Of a DNA stretch of 47,068 bases, positions 27,030-34,898 are shown in pieces; the stretch's first letter is position 1, and the number at the start of each line of letters is the position of its first letter. This DNA is from a virus (lineage: Duplodnaviria; Caudoviricetes). Under the pieces are notes generated by a model that saw only the letters and a list, made by a program, of their open reading frames with translations, made no database searches and was not told the origin of the DNA. The DNA lies in the IMG/VR virus record IMGVR_UViG_3300037722_000249, positions 1 to 47,068 of that record; one strand, given 5' to 3'. Both the position numbers and the translations under genes were made by a program.

Positions 27030-27045
27030 CTGTATATCCACACAG
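27030..27045. promoter_or_regulatory. LexA (SOS) box
   Basis: CTGTATATCCACACAG matches CTGT-N8-ACAG with an AT-alternating spacer; intergenic. Confidence 0.65.
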
Positions 27046-27147
27046 TTAGTGGTTGGGTGGGGCGGCGTCCGGGTTTCACGGATCGCTTCCAACCATGGTT
27101 CGCGCCAAGGCACCACGCTTGCCGGCGTAGCCGCGCCGCCCCGTAGG

Positions 27148-27330
27148 TCAAAAGGTTGTGTTCCTGCCAAGCCAATACGCTGCCAATGCCAAGCACAAGA
27201 GGTTATTGACGCTCGTGTAGCTAGATCTGTCACCTGACTCGCTCGCCTCGTCCTCGGCATCATCTCTGTACTCCTCAACCAGAGCTTTTAGCTTAGCCAA
27301 AACCTCAGTGGCTACCTTATCCTCGCCCAA
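27148..27330 (-). CDS. Hypothetical protein
   Basis: Overlaps the end of the Q-like gene; C-terminal hydrophobic segment. Confidence 0.4.
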   Translation of the reverse strand: MGEDKVATEVLAKLKALVEEYRDDAEDEASESGDRSSYTSVNNLLCLALAAYWLGRNTTF

Positions 27331-27719
27331 ACCCTCACCCTCGCAATCTCTAAAACATCTAAATACCCGTTCCAGCTAAATCTCCGGCCGGTGTACTTCT
27401 TCATCAGCTTCAAAACCCTCCACCTGTTTAGCGCTGGGTAGCAATAGCTAAACGTCACCGCCCACTTGTAGCGCCTCTCCAACTCCTGCACCGCCTGATG
27501 GGTCCCTAAGACTCTACGAAGCTCTACAGGAGGTTTTATTGGCTCTGGTGGTACTTCCCCCTTATCCCCCCAGCCAGTGTCCCAGGAGCCCGGAGAGAAG
27601 GGATTAAACTGACCCTCGAGAGATTTAGTTCTCTCCCACACCTTGCAGTCCCGGAAGTGGCGAGCCCATTCCTTCAGCAGCTCATCCAGCTCTGGCGGGC
27701 AGAGGTCTTGCCTTTTCAT
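27312..27719 (-). CDS. Putative late-gene antiterminator/activator (Q-like)
   Basis: LDELLKEWA N-terminus, C-terminal helical domain, last sizeable gene before the late module. Confidence 0.5.
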   Translation of the reverse strand: MKRQDLCPPELDELLKEWARHFRDCKVWERTKSLEGQFNPFSPGSWDTGWGDKGEVPPEPIKPPVELRRVLGTHQAVQELERRYKWAVTFSYCYPALNRWRVLKLMKKYTGRRFSWNGYLDVLEIARVRVWARIR

Positions 27720-28013
27720 TCTAGAGATTTAGCTTCAGGCTCCACCCCGGCGCGCTCGAGCTTCTTTCTCATCCGATAGGCTTGCCCCTTGGGACCAAAG
27801 TACCAGCGTGCCCAACGCTCGTGCTGCTTTCGCTTCTTCTCGGCTTTTTCTTCTTCCGTCATCTCAAGCTCCAGTTTGCTTTCTTCTTCCCGTAGAACTT
27901 ACCAATTCCACAACGCTTCTTGCCCCTGGCTGCAGGCACTGGCCTCTCATGCACCATTACCTTTCCTTGCTCCCGGGCGCGCTCTAGCAAGCTAAATGCG
28001 GCTTGTAGGGGAG

Positions 28014-28322
28014 TCATGACACGTCAACCACCTTTGCTTCCCAGCCACTTTTTAACTTTCGCCAGCCCCAAGCCTCCAACCGCCAGCCAGCGTCCCGCAG
28101 CTTCCCAGTCATAGCGCTTTCTGAGAACTTCTGGATCCTTGGGCCGAGGTTCGATAGGGTCGTGCATTGGACTCCGAGCGTTTGCCCCCCACGTATCGCG
28201 AGGATGTCGAGCAAGCCAAATAAGTCCTGACGCACCCGTGCGTGGTAATTCCACTTTTCGACTATCGCGCAGTCCCATCCATCACCCCTTAACTGCTTTA
28301 AAGTCCGCCTTGTCGGACTCAC
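28014..28322 (-). CDS. Restriction-endonuclease-fold nuclease (resolvase-like)
   Basis: QDLFGLLDILAI...GVQCT, a PD-(D/E)xK-like pattern. Confidence 0.6.
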   Translation of the reverse strand: MSPTRRTLKQLRGDGWDCAIVEKWNYHARVRQDLFGLLDILAIRGGQTLGVQCTTLSNLGPRIQKFSESAMTGKLRDAGWRLEAWGWRKLKSGWEAKVVDVS

Positions 28323-28642
28323 CTAATGTTTGCCTCGGCACGTCGGGTGCTCTCTTGTGTTCTTCGCATCTCAGCCAGCACCTTGCCCGAGTCGTATCTA
28401 ACCTTCGCCCTGTTCGCTTCCTTCCTCGCCGCAACCATGTTCGTTAGGTGGAGCTTGTAGGCGGGGTTCGCTAAGGCCCTTCGCTCCCTATCCGCGTTTG
28501 TTCCCTGCTCGCTAGACATCAGCTCTGCAAGGACTGTTTTCTTGGTTTCCTCCAACAACTCGGCCGCAGCCTCTTTGTCGGCCCAATCCTCGCCGGCATC
28601 GGAAAGCATGCGATAAATACGGTCAGGGTCGAAATCGCTCAC
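28319..28642 (-). CDS. Helical hypothetical protein
   Basis: Coupled ORF; AERRALA.PAY-type motif. Confidence 0.55.
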   Translation of the reverse strand: MSDFDPDRIYRMLSDAGEDWADKEAAAELLEETKKTVLAELMSSEQGTNADRERRALANPAYKLHLTNMVAARKEANRAKVRYDSGKVLAEMRRTQESTRRAEANIR

Positions 28643-28893
28643 TAGCGTCCTTTACCAAGTCAACACTCAACGCCAAACCAAGCTCATCCAACACCGCCCT
28701 TAGCATCGGCTCCCCGTCGTTCTCCAGCACCGCCAGAAGTGCGTTCATCCGATAATTTAGCTGGCTCGCCTTGTAGTACCTCACCCACTCTCCAACTCGC
28801 TCCCTCGGGGGCCCGGTCGAGCCTTTTCGCAATCTCAAGCTCCTCTTTGCTTAACGGGCGATTCCAGTCGCAGGGCCATTTGATGGGACTCAC
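28623..28893 (-). CDS. Hypothetical small protein(s); two overlapping frames
   Basis: ORFs 28684..28893 and 28623..28838; the real frame is unclear. Confidence 0.35.
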
Positions 28894-29312
28894 GCAGCCT
28901 CAAGCGGGGTCTTTTCTAAACTCCACTCCCGGAAGATCACAACCATGCTTGGGAACGGCGCATTGTTCTTAGAACCCCCAAACCTTAGCCGGCCACGCAG
29001 AAAGCGGATCTCGCCTTTCGTGCAATAGTCGTGGAACCACGCGGTATCAGTTCTGGCCGGGATTAGATACACAACCAATTCACAATCCCCATTAGCAAGG
29101 TGGTAAAGCCCCTTCTTCATAAATTCTTTAATCCTGCTATATGGAGGGTTACAAAAAACCCTACCAGACCATTTCACCTTACGCCCATCCTCACTAGCCA
29201 TCAACGGGCACGGATCGAAAGTAAAACCAAACTCACGGTTAAGCTCTCCATAAGTCTCTTCTGGCGTGCCCCAATGGTCAGAAGCGCTGCTAAAAAGAAC
29301 GTCTCGGTTCAT
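28890..29312 (-). CDS. Phage DNA N6-adenine methyltransferase (Dam-like)
   Basis: W.TP, F.FDPC, FCNPPYS, LIPARTDTAWFHDY, FLRGRLRF, APFPS. Confidence 0.9.
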   Translation of the reverse strand: MNRDVLFSSASDHWGTPEETYGELNREFGFTFDPCPLMASEDGRKVKWSGRVFCNPPYSRIKEFMKKGLYHLANGDCELVVYLIPARTDTAWFHDYCTKGEIRFLRGRLRFGGSKNNAPFPSMVVIFREWSLEKTPLEAA

Positions 29313-30226
29313 TTGGCTTTCTGGAATTCTTCGCCTTCAATAAGCTTGAGAGTTTTTGTCTTTTCTCCGCCTCGCCTCTTATTCCACGCCTTGAATACCA
29401 GCATCAACACAGCGCCGCGCTGCAGCTTATGCGGTGACGCCATATTCGAGATTAAGCGCTCTCGCAACCAGTAAACAGGATCACTCCCAGAAAGGCCAAC
29501 CCCCTCGAACAAGTCCAGGAAAAACCTCTCCGCATCAGTTTCTGACTTCTCAGAAAAGATAAAGTAGCAACCAGCTACCATTCCACGGCTAATGAGTTTC
29601 CCTGCCTTGATGTTTTCCGCAAAACGGACTGCAGCAATGATTCTGTCTTTGACAGGTTCGGCGAAACTAAGCAGTTCCTCCTTTGAAGCATCAGCGCTCT
29701 TAATCGGAAGATTGCCTAGCTTTTCGAGAAGCTTCTTAGAGCCCTTGACGTGTCTCCGCGAAGCACCCCCGCTTGGTTGAATCAGATTGTTCCGATACTG
29801 ATAAACGAGAAGTGCCGCTCCCGAGGCTAGATTCGCACTTGGATAGCCAGCGATATGAAAGATGTCTGCGTGAGACCTCGTTTTTCCTACGTCCACCGTG
29901 GCGAAGGCTGTGTCATCCGTGATCCCATAAACCACCAGACAACGAAATGATTTATCAGCCAAGACTGCCGCTTGGCAGCGGTGTTGACCGTCGATCATCG
30001 TTCCATCAGCCATGAACTTAATCGACTCTCCATTCTCCGACCACTTACCCTCGTCCATCGCAATCGCATAGTCCACCGCCTTTGATTGCGATAGTTTTCT
30101 GTTGATGTGCATTTTCTCCAGCCACTTTTTGGCCATAGCAGGAGTTACTGTTTCCATCACTGCATAAACGCCCTTTTGCTGGCGTAGCGCATGGACAGTG
30201 CCATTCACGTGTGATCTCCTTTTCAA
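29309..30226 (-). CDS. ParB/Srx-like N-terminal domain protein
   Basis: VTPAMAKKWL..NR, M.EGKW..NGE, IDGQHR..A, D.GK.RS. Confidence 0.7.
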   Translation of the reverse strand: MKRRSHVNGTVHALRQQKGVYAVMETVTPAMAKKWLEKMHINRKLSQSKAVDYAIAMDEGKWSENGESIKFMADGTMIDGQHRCQAAVLADKSFRCLVVYGITDDTAFATVDVGKTRSHADIFHIAGYPSANLASGAALLVYQYRNNLIQPSGGASRRHVKGSKKLLEKLGNLPIKSADASKEELLSFAEPVKDRIIAAVRFAENIKAGKLISRGMVAGCYFIFSEKSETDAERFFLDLFEGVGLSGSDPVYWLRERLISNMASPHKLQRGAVLMLVFKAWNKRRGGEKTKTLKLIEGEEFQKAK

Positions 30227-30684
30227 TCGCGTCCCGATAATGGTTTAGAAACTATCATTCTGGGTCTCTCATCCATCGCATCCGTGGTATGCGCTCGGCA
30301 ATGCTCGATAGCGTTTACCGAGCCCGTGGCAATCTGGTCGCAGTAGGCGCATAGCTTCTTCGGCTGAAAATCTTGCTTGGCAGGAATGGATCTCAGGGAG
30401 TTCTGATTCTGCTGACGGGATAGCCAGGTATTCAGGAACCTCCCATGCTGGGACTTCGGGCCTAAGTTTGGATTGCTCACAATCCAGGCAGCCGCCCGCT
30501 TTAGTTCGGACTCTATGTCCACAGCTCCGTAAGCTTCCTTCCACGCTTCCATCTGCTCTTTCGTTAAATTCGTCCAGCGACCATTTTCAAATCCAAGCTT
30601 TGGTTTCTTTCCCAACCCAGCCAGTTCTTCCCTCACCACCCTTCTTACTATCTCCTCTAACCTTGCCCACTTGTCCTCCACCAC
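30223..30684 (-). CDS. Replication protein resembling the C-terminal (helicase-loader-interacting) half of phage initiators
   Basis: W.EAY.AVDI..EL..AAAW...NP...RFLNTWLSR.Q, C-terminal CxxC..C..H; RBS AAGGGAGAAG. Confidence 0.6.
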   Translation of the reverse strand: MVEDKWARLEEIVRRVVREELAGLGKKPKLGFENGRWTNLTKEQMEAWKEAYGAVDIESELKRAAAWIVSNPNLGPKSQHGRFLNTWLSRQQNQNSLRSIPAKQDFQPKKLCAYCDQIATGSVNAIEHCRAHTTDAMDERPRMIVSKPLSGRD

Positions 30685-30689
30685 CTTCT

Positions 30690-30945
30690 CCCTTGGTGAA
30701 TCGTTGAGCTAGAAGCGGGCAGAGTCATCCCCTTACCCGCTTCATGTTCTCCCTCGGAGCCATCGCGTCGCTCTCGCGGGCAGGGACTTACGCTGTTACC
30801 CTGTCGGCCAGACTGTCCGGGATCTCGCGTCCCGCTTAGTGCGCTCTAGCCTTTCGCATCCACGCTGCGGCTGTACTGTGTTCCCCTGGTAACCGCCCTT
30901 CGACTCGCCGCGCCAAGCGTGTTATCCCCGCCCACGTCGAGCCAT
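30690..30945 (-). ncRNA. Candidate structured RNA / replication-control element
   Basis: No ORF of 60 aa or more; at least six stems, several with GNRA loops on the - strand. Confidence 0.5.
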
Positions 30946-30950
30946 TTCCC

Positions 30951-30970
30951 TGTGCAAAACCTGGTGCAAA
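30951..30970. promoter_or_regulatory. Putative integrase arm-type sites (left arm)
   Basis: Tandem TGTGCAAA / GGTGCAAA, mirrored by tandem GGTGCA at 31153-31169. Confidence 0.55.
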
Positions 30971-31052
30971 TCCCGGCAGGACGATGCTGTTTGCGCCTTT
31001 CCTGCCGAGCTGTTTAGCTATAAGCTCCTGTTCTCAATAAATGCCGAAACTC

Positions 31053-31098
31053 ATTCGTAATCAGTAGGTCGCCCGTTCGAGTCGGGCCACCAGCACCA
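31053..31098 (+). mobile_element. attP: attP core: 46-bp 3' half of tRNA-Thr(CGT)
   Basis: ATTCGTAATCAGTAGGTCGCCCGTTCGAGTCGGGCCACCAGCACCA holds the anticodon loop, T-arm and CCA but no 5' half; 16 bp from the integrase stop. Confidence 0.92.
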
Positions 31099-31104
31099 AT
31101 TAAG

Positions 31105-31117
31105 AATCAACTCTTTA
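31105..31117 (+). promoter_or_regulatory. IHF binding site in attP
   Basis: AATCAACTCTTTA is an exact match to WATCAANNNNTTR. Confidence 0.7.
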
Positions 31118-32089
31118 CGCAGCGTTCTCCTTACCCTTATCCACAGGCTGTTGGTGCACTCGTGGTGCAGATCTCCCGAGTTTGCTGACCGCTTCCCTGA
31201 GCTTTCCTACCGCCAAATGGGCGTAGCGCATCGTGGTCCTGATGTCGCTGTGGCCAAGGATCGTCCCTACCTGATACAGGTCCACGTCATTGGCAATCAG
31301 GAAGCTGGCCGCGGTATGCCTGAGATCGTGGAACCTGACCCCTGGCATGGCTTTCTCGACGGCATGCGTGAGGGTGTCTGGGTGGGCGCCGAACGGTAAG
31401 CGCTTCAGCGCAAACCTGACGTGATGGACTACGGGAACATGGCGCGGCTTCCCGCTCTTGGTTGTCTTCAAGATGATCAGGTCGTCTTGCACGTTGATGG
31501 GCCGGAGCCTGGCAAGTTCACCGCGCCGTAATCCGGTGAACGCGGCCGCCAACACAGCTCGTCTAATATTTCGTTGAGGGATGTTTCTGATAAGTCGAGC
31601 GAGTTCTTTGCGCGAGAGGAAGACTTCGCGCGCCGGGTTCTCGGGGAGGAGTTCGATTTTCTGGCCGAGCGGCACGTCCAGCCATCCCCAACGACGGTAA
31701 GCCAGATTGGCCACCCTTCTAAGAACAGAGAGACGCCGGTTAATCGTCGAGTTTGTAACCAGCCTTCGGTTCGCTTGTTTGTAGGCTTCAGCGACAGAAA
31801 CCACGTCCTGCAGGGTCTTCCCTTTGACCCATTCAGCGAGAGCACGAGCATTTCCGCAGGTGGACTTTTTTGCTTTTTGGTGGGTAACTTCTTCTTCAAG
31901 CCATCTCCCGATAGCATCCGCTAGGAGGACCGTCTTTGATCCAATTCGACTAAAACTGCCGAGGATTTCGGCCTCTTTGCGTTTCGCGTCCCGCCACGTC
32001 GCACCTTGAGGGCAGATTCGATGTACGCGCGCCCCGCCTCGCTGTACTGAAACGTGATACCGGTCTTTCTTGTCTCGCCAGACAGACAT
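31115..32089 (-). CDS. int: Tyrosine integrase
   Basis: TGLRRGE, TKSG, FHDLRH, LGH, RYAH catalytic residues. Confidence 0.95.
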   Translation of the reverse strand: MSVWRDKKDRYHVSVQRGGARVHRICPQGATWRDAKRKEAEILGSFSRIGSKTVLLADAIGRWLEEEVTHQKAKKSTCGNARALAEWVKGKTLQDVVSVAEAYKQANRRLVTNSTINRRLSVLRRVANLAYRRWGWLDVPLGQKIELLPENPAREVFLSRKELARLIRNIPQRNIRRAVLAAAFTGLRRGELARLRPINVQDDLIILKTTKSGKPRHVPVVHHVRFALKRLPFGAHPDTLTHAVEKAMPGVRFHDLRHTAASFLIANDVDLYQVGTILGHSDIRTTMRYAHLAVGKLREAVSKLGRSAPRVHQQPVDKGKENAA

Positions 32090-32241
32090 TTCTTCCTCCG
32101 CTGTAGGTAGTCCTGAAGATCGGACTCGGAGACTTTAATCCCTCCCGGGATTTGGTAGAACGGTAGACCGTCCTGAATCATCCTGTACACGGAGCGCAGG
32201 GACGTGTTTAGCTTGGCGGCTAGGGCTTTGGGGCTGAACAC
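31921..32241 (-). CDS. xis: Excisionase-like HTH protein
   Basis: FSPKALAAKLNTSLRSVYRMIQDGLP..I.V.ESDL..YL; GTG in a TAGTG overlap; overlaps the int start. Confidence 0.75.
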   Translation of the reverse strand: MFSPKALAAKLNTSLRSVYRMIQDGLPFYQIPGGIKVSESDLQDYLQRRKKCLSGETRKTGITFQYSEAGRAYIESALKVRRGGTRNAKRPKSSAVLVELDQRRSS

Positions 32242-32486
32242 TATTTGGAGTTGCTTTCGCTGGACAGATGAACGAACTTGGGAACCAGCACGGCCTTGAG
32301 GATGCTGATGACGATGAACAGTCCAACGCATGCCCAAAACCCCGGGGCTTGGTAGATCACCGGCAGCCAGTAGAAATAGGTTTGCCCGATACCGCCAACA
32401 GTCCAGATCAGCCAGAATGGAATGGACATGCTGATGGACACCACAACCGATAGCAGCCACCCGAGAAGCGGAATTGCGTTAATCAT
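32241..32486 (-). CDS. Small two-TM membrane protein
   Basis: Two hydrophobic segments; coupled to neighbours. Confidence 0.6.
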   Translation of the reverse strand: MINAIPLLGWLLSVVVSISMSIPFWLIWTVGGIGQTYFYWLPVIYQAPGFWACVGLFIVISILKAVLVPKFVHLSSESNSK

Positions 32487-32677
32487 TTTCGTCCCCTAAT
32501 CCCGTATACCTTCGCCGGTCCCTTGCCTGTTTTCCTGCGCACCATTCTCTCCAGCGCAGCCTTTACCAAGTTCGTCGCCGCCTCGTCTTCCGTAATCCCG
32601 TCCCGGGCTGCTATGCGGGTAAGCAGTTCTCGCTCTCTCTTGCTCAGCGCGGTCTGCTCAGGACCGCGATCAGGCAC
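32483..32677 (-). CDS. Small ribbon-helix-helix-like protein
   Basis: LS.RERELL.RIA.RDGIT..EAA. Confidence 0.55.
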   Translation of the reverse strand: MPDRGPEQTALSKRERELLTRIAARDGITEDEAATNLVKAALERMVRRKTGKGPAKVYGIRGRK

Positions 32678-32903
32678 GATTCAGGGCCCTCTCCGGGCTT
32701 ATCCAAGCGCCTTCCTGTTGGCAGGACGTGCCCATAAACTCCAAGCCCATGTCCAATTGGGCTTGCTTCAGCAGCATCTCTCTCAGGAGCACAGCTTTTT
32801 GCTGGCCGGTGTACTTCACCCATGCGTCGATCAGATCGGCCTCGTTCTCGTTCAGCCGGATCTTGACTACGTGCTCGCGGATAAATGAGGGATCGGCGTA
32901 CAT
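32670..32903 (-). CDS. Regulator in the cII position (RHH-like)
   Basis: MYADP..IR.HVVKIRLNE.E..LI.A....GQQ.AVLLREM. Confidence 0.6.
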   Translation of the reverse strand: MYADPSFIREHVVKIRLNENEADLIDAWVKYTGQQKAVLLREMLLKQAQLDMGLEFMGTSCQQEGAWISPERALNRA

Positions 32904-32913
32904 GGTCAGGGAA

Positions 32914-32948
32914 GAAAAACCCCCGGGCGGTAACGAACCCGCCCGGGG
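32914..32948 (-). terminator. tR1-like intrinsic terminator after cro
   Basis: CCCCGGGCGG-loop-CCGCCCGGGG followed by GTTTTTCTT. Confidence 0.7.
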
Positions 32949-32994
32949 TAAACCAGCGCAGTCCAGAGGAGGAGGGGGAAACTGCGCGGGTAAG

Positions 32995-33192
32995 TCATGC
33001 AGCTCTCGTTTCGAGCCGACGACGAGCGCGTCTGATCCGCTCGTCAATGTTTGGGTGAATGCCACGAATTTCGTTCTCTCGGCGCTTCGGAACTTCTTCG
33101 CCCCATTGGGAAACCGCTGATCTGGAGATGCCGAATTGCTGGCCGATTCCCTCCATGCTTCCGAATACAGATACAAGGTCTCGCGTCTTCAT
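32995..33192 (-). CDS. cro: Cro-like repressor
   Basis: MKTRDLVSVFGS...IGQQFGISRSAVSQWGEEVP; divergent from cI. Confidence 0.85.
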   Translation of the reverse strand: MKTRDLVSVFGSMEGIGQQFGISRSAVSQWGEEVPKRRENEIRGIHPNIDERIRRARRRLETRAA

Positions 33193-33199
33193 GTCCCGA

Positions 33200-33265
33200 G
33201 AGTTAAGCATACTTCGCACTAGTTCGTCAAGAGCACTTAGCGACGGTCTTGTTAAGCTGGCTTAT
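33200..33265. promoter_or_regulatory. Switch region: three operators (TAAG-N4-CTTA consensus), pR and leaderless pRM
   Basis: TAAGCATACTTC (33204), CAAGAGCACTTA (33228), TAAGCTGGCTTA (33253); TTGACG on - at 33230-33225; TGtTAAGCT at 33250-33258, 7 nt before the cI ATG. Confidence 0.7.
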
Positions 33266-33697
33266 ATGGGAACATCCTCCTTGAGAGACAGGCTAATTGA
33301 GATAGCGGACGAGTTCGGAAATGACGCCGAATTCGCCAGGATCGCCAGGGTCTCCCGCAGTGCGGTAAGTCAATGGCGCAAGGGGGACGTGAAGGCGCTC
33401 AAGGCGCTAAGCGCGGTAAACATTCAAGAGCGTACTGGTTATTCCGTCCGGTGGCTGGTTCTTGGGATTGGTCCTAAAAAGCTGTCAGGAAAACTTGATA
33501 TTTCGTTGCTTCAGGACAATAAGACAAAAGATATGTCGAGGGTGCAGGAGCGCCACAAACTGCTTGTCATCGTCAAGGCATTTCTTGATACTGACGATGA
33601 GGGGCGAGACCAAATTGTAGCGGCCGTAGAATCCTTGACTGGAAATGATGGATCAACCGGACAGCCGGAACGTCGCCGAGCCGCTAAGCGTCGTTGA
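33266..33697 (+). CDS. cI: CI-like XRE repressor without a peptidase domain
   Basis: LRDRL...AEFARIARVSRSAVSQW...YSVRWLVLG.GP; the recognition helix SRSAVSQW is identical to that of Cro. Confidence 0.85.
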   Translation: MGTSSLRDRLIEIADEFGNDAEFARIARVSRSAVSQWRKGDVKALKALSAVNIQERTGYSVRWLVLGIGPKKLSGKLDISLLQDNKTKDMSRVQERHKLLVIVKAFLDTDDEGRDQIVAAVESLTGNDGSTGQPERRRAAKRR

Positions 33698-33839
33698 ACA
33701 AGATCTGATTTTCAATTTCCGCCGCTGTTCCCCTCGCCGTCAGGAGGCCGTAGCCAGCTTTGCTCGCAAAATGGCTGCCCTGCGGTGGCCATTCACCCAA
33801 GCCAACATCCTTCCTTTCCGCCGTCGCTGGGACGACTAG
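33645..33839 (+). CDS. Small protein resembling a repressor C-terminal domain
   Basis: LS..EQDLI.NFR..S..RQ.AV; NILPFRR tail. Confidence 0.55.
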   Translation: MMDQPDSRNVAEPLSVVEQDLIFNFRRCSPRRQEAVASFARKMAALRWPFTQANILPFRRRWDD

Positions 33840-33875
33840 TTCTGCAGTCGTAATACCGGCTCACGCCCCTAGTGT

Positions 33876-33916
33876 GCAGCGCACTTGACGATTACCCGTT
33901 AAGTGTGCTTTACTAT
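33876..33916 (+). promoter_or_regulatory. pL-like promoter with two operators
   Basis: TTGACG-N10-AAGTGTGCTTTACT, the same architecture as pR (TTGACG-N10-AAGTATGCTTAACT). Confidence 0.65.
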
Positions 33917-33921
33917 GCCTG

Positions 33922-34898
33922 ATGCGCGAATACGACTGGCTGGTTGGCGACGAGAACACCACTCCCCGGATGCGCCCAATGGAGGCGGTGTGGATCGTCA
34001 TTGCCTTGGGGCTGGTGCTCATCCTCATGGGGGCCGGCGAAGAACTCAAGTCCGCCGAGATTACCGCCAAGCATGTTGCGGAAATGCCCTCGGCTCACCC
34101 CTGCGAAGTCACCATCGCTCAGTACGGGGCGGTGGAGAAGTGGGCGCGGCTAAAGCACTCCGAGCAGTGCGCTTTATGGGCTAAAGAGCCACCGCCTTGG
34201 ATCATGTCCATGCCGATCATCGCGGGAAAGAGATGAGCGAGCAGATAAAAGTAGGGGATCTCGTTGTCGTAGTGCGCTGGCCGCACTCGTGCCAAGGCAA
34301 CAAGTTTCTCGGGAGTGTGTTTCGCATCGGGGCGCTGAGTAGCAGCGTGCAGTGTCCAAGATGCGGGGAGATATTCAAGACGCCAGTCGCGCACCCGGAG
34401 GAAAAGAGCCGGGCTATCCCTTTAGCGTGGCTCAAGCGCATCCCGCCCCTTTCCGAACTCGAAACCGAGAAGACCAATGAGCCTGCCACTGCTTAAGCGA
34501 ATCGTCGCCCCGCTGGACGCACCCCTAAAGCCACACAGGTTTGCGCGGCAGCAGATGATCGAAACCGAGATTGCGAGATTCGCCCCTAACTACTGCGAAG
34601 CGATGGAGCTGCTAGACGCCCTGCAATGCGGGGTAGTGGGAAGGATGGGCGATCTGAACCCAGATTTGGAAGCCGCGTTCAAGGAACTGCGAGAAGCGCT
34701 GGACGAGGCGGACGACAAGCTTATTCGGCCGGAGGTTTCATGACCGATTCACAAATGCTCATGCAGGAGCGAGAGCGAGAACTGTTTGACGCCTTGGACG
34801 AGTGCCACTTAAAGGGCGTCTCGACCGAGGCCATCAGGACCCTGATTTACGAAACCGGAGCCCGATGGGTTCCTACCAAGGAAAGGAAGGCTGCCTAA
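33922..34898 (+). other. Four coupled early hypothetical CDS (33922-34236 with a TM segment, 34233-34496 with CxxC, 34477-34743, 34740-34898)
   Basis: ATGA-type overlaps and RBS motifs. Confidence 0.55.

Noticed and set aside
31020-31098. Complete tRNA-Thr gene
   Set aside because: No 5' acceptor strand or D-arm, and the 5' anticodon stem is mismatched (CTCAT against ATCAG). It is an attP core.
31921-32460. 179-aa ORF as listed in the track
   Set aside because: Its N-terminal part overlaps the membrane protein gene in another frame; the xis-like domain starts at GTG 32241.
33059-33265. N-terminal extension of cI (212-aa ORF)
   Set aside because: It overlaps cro and the operators; the HTH begins after ATG 33266.
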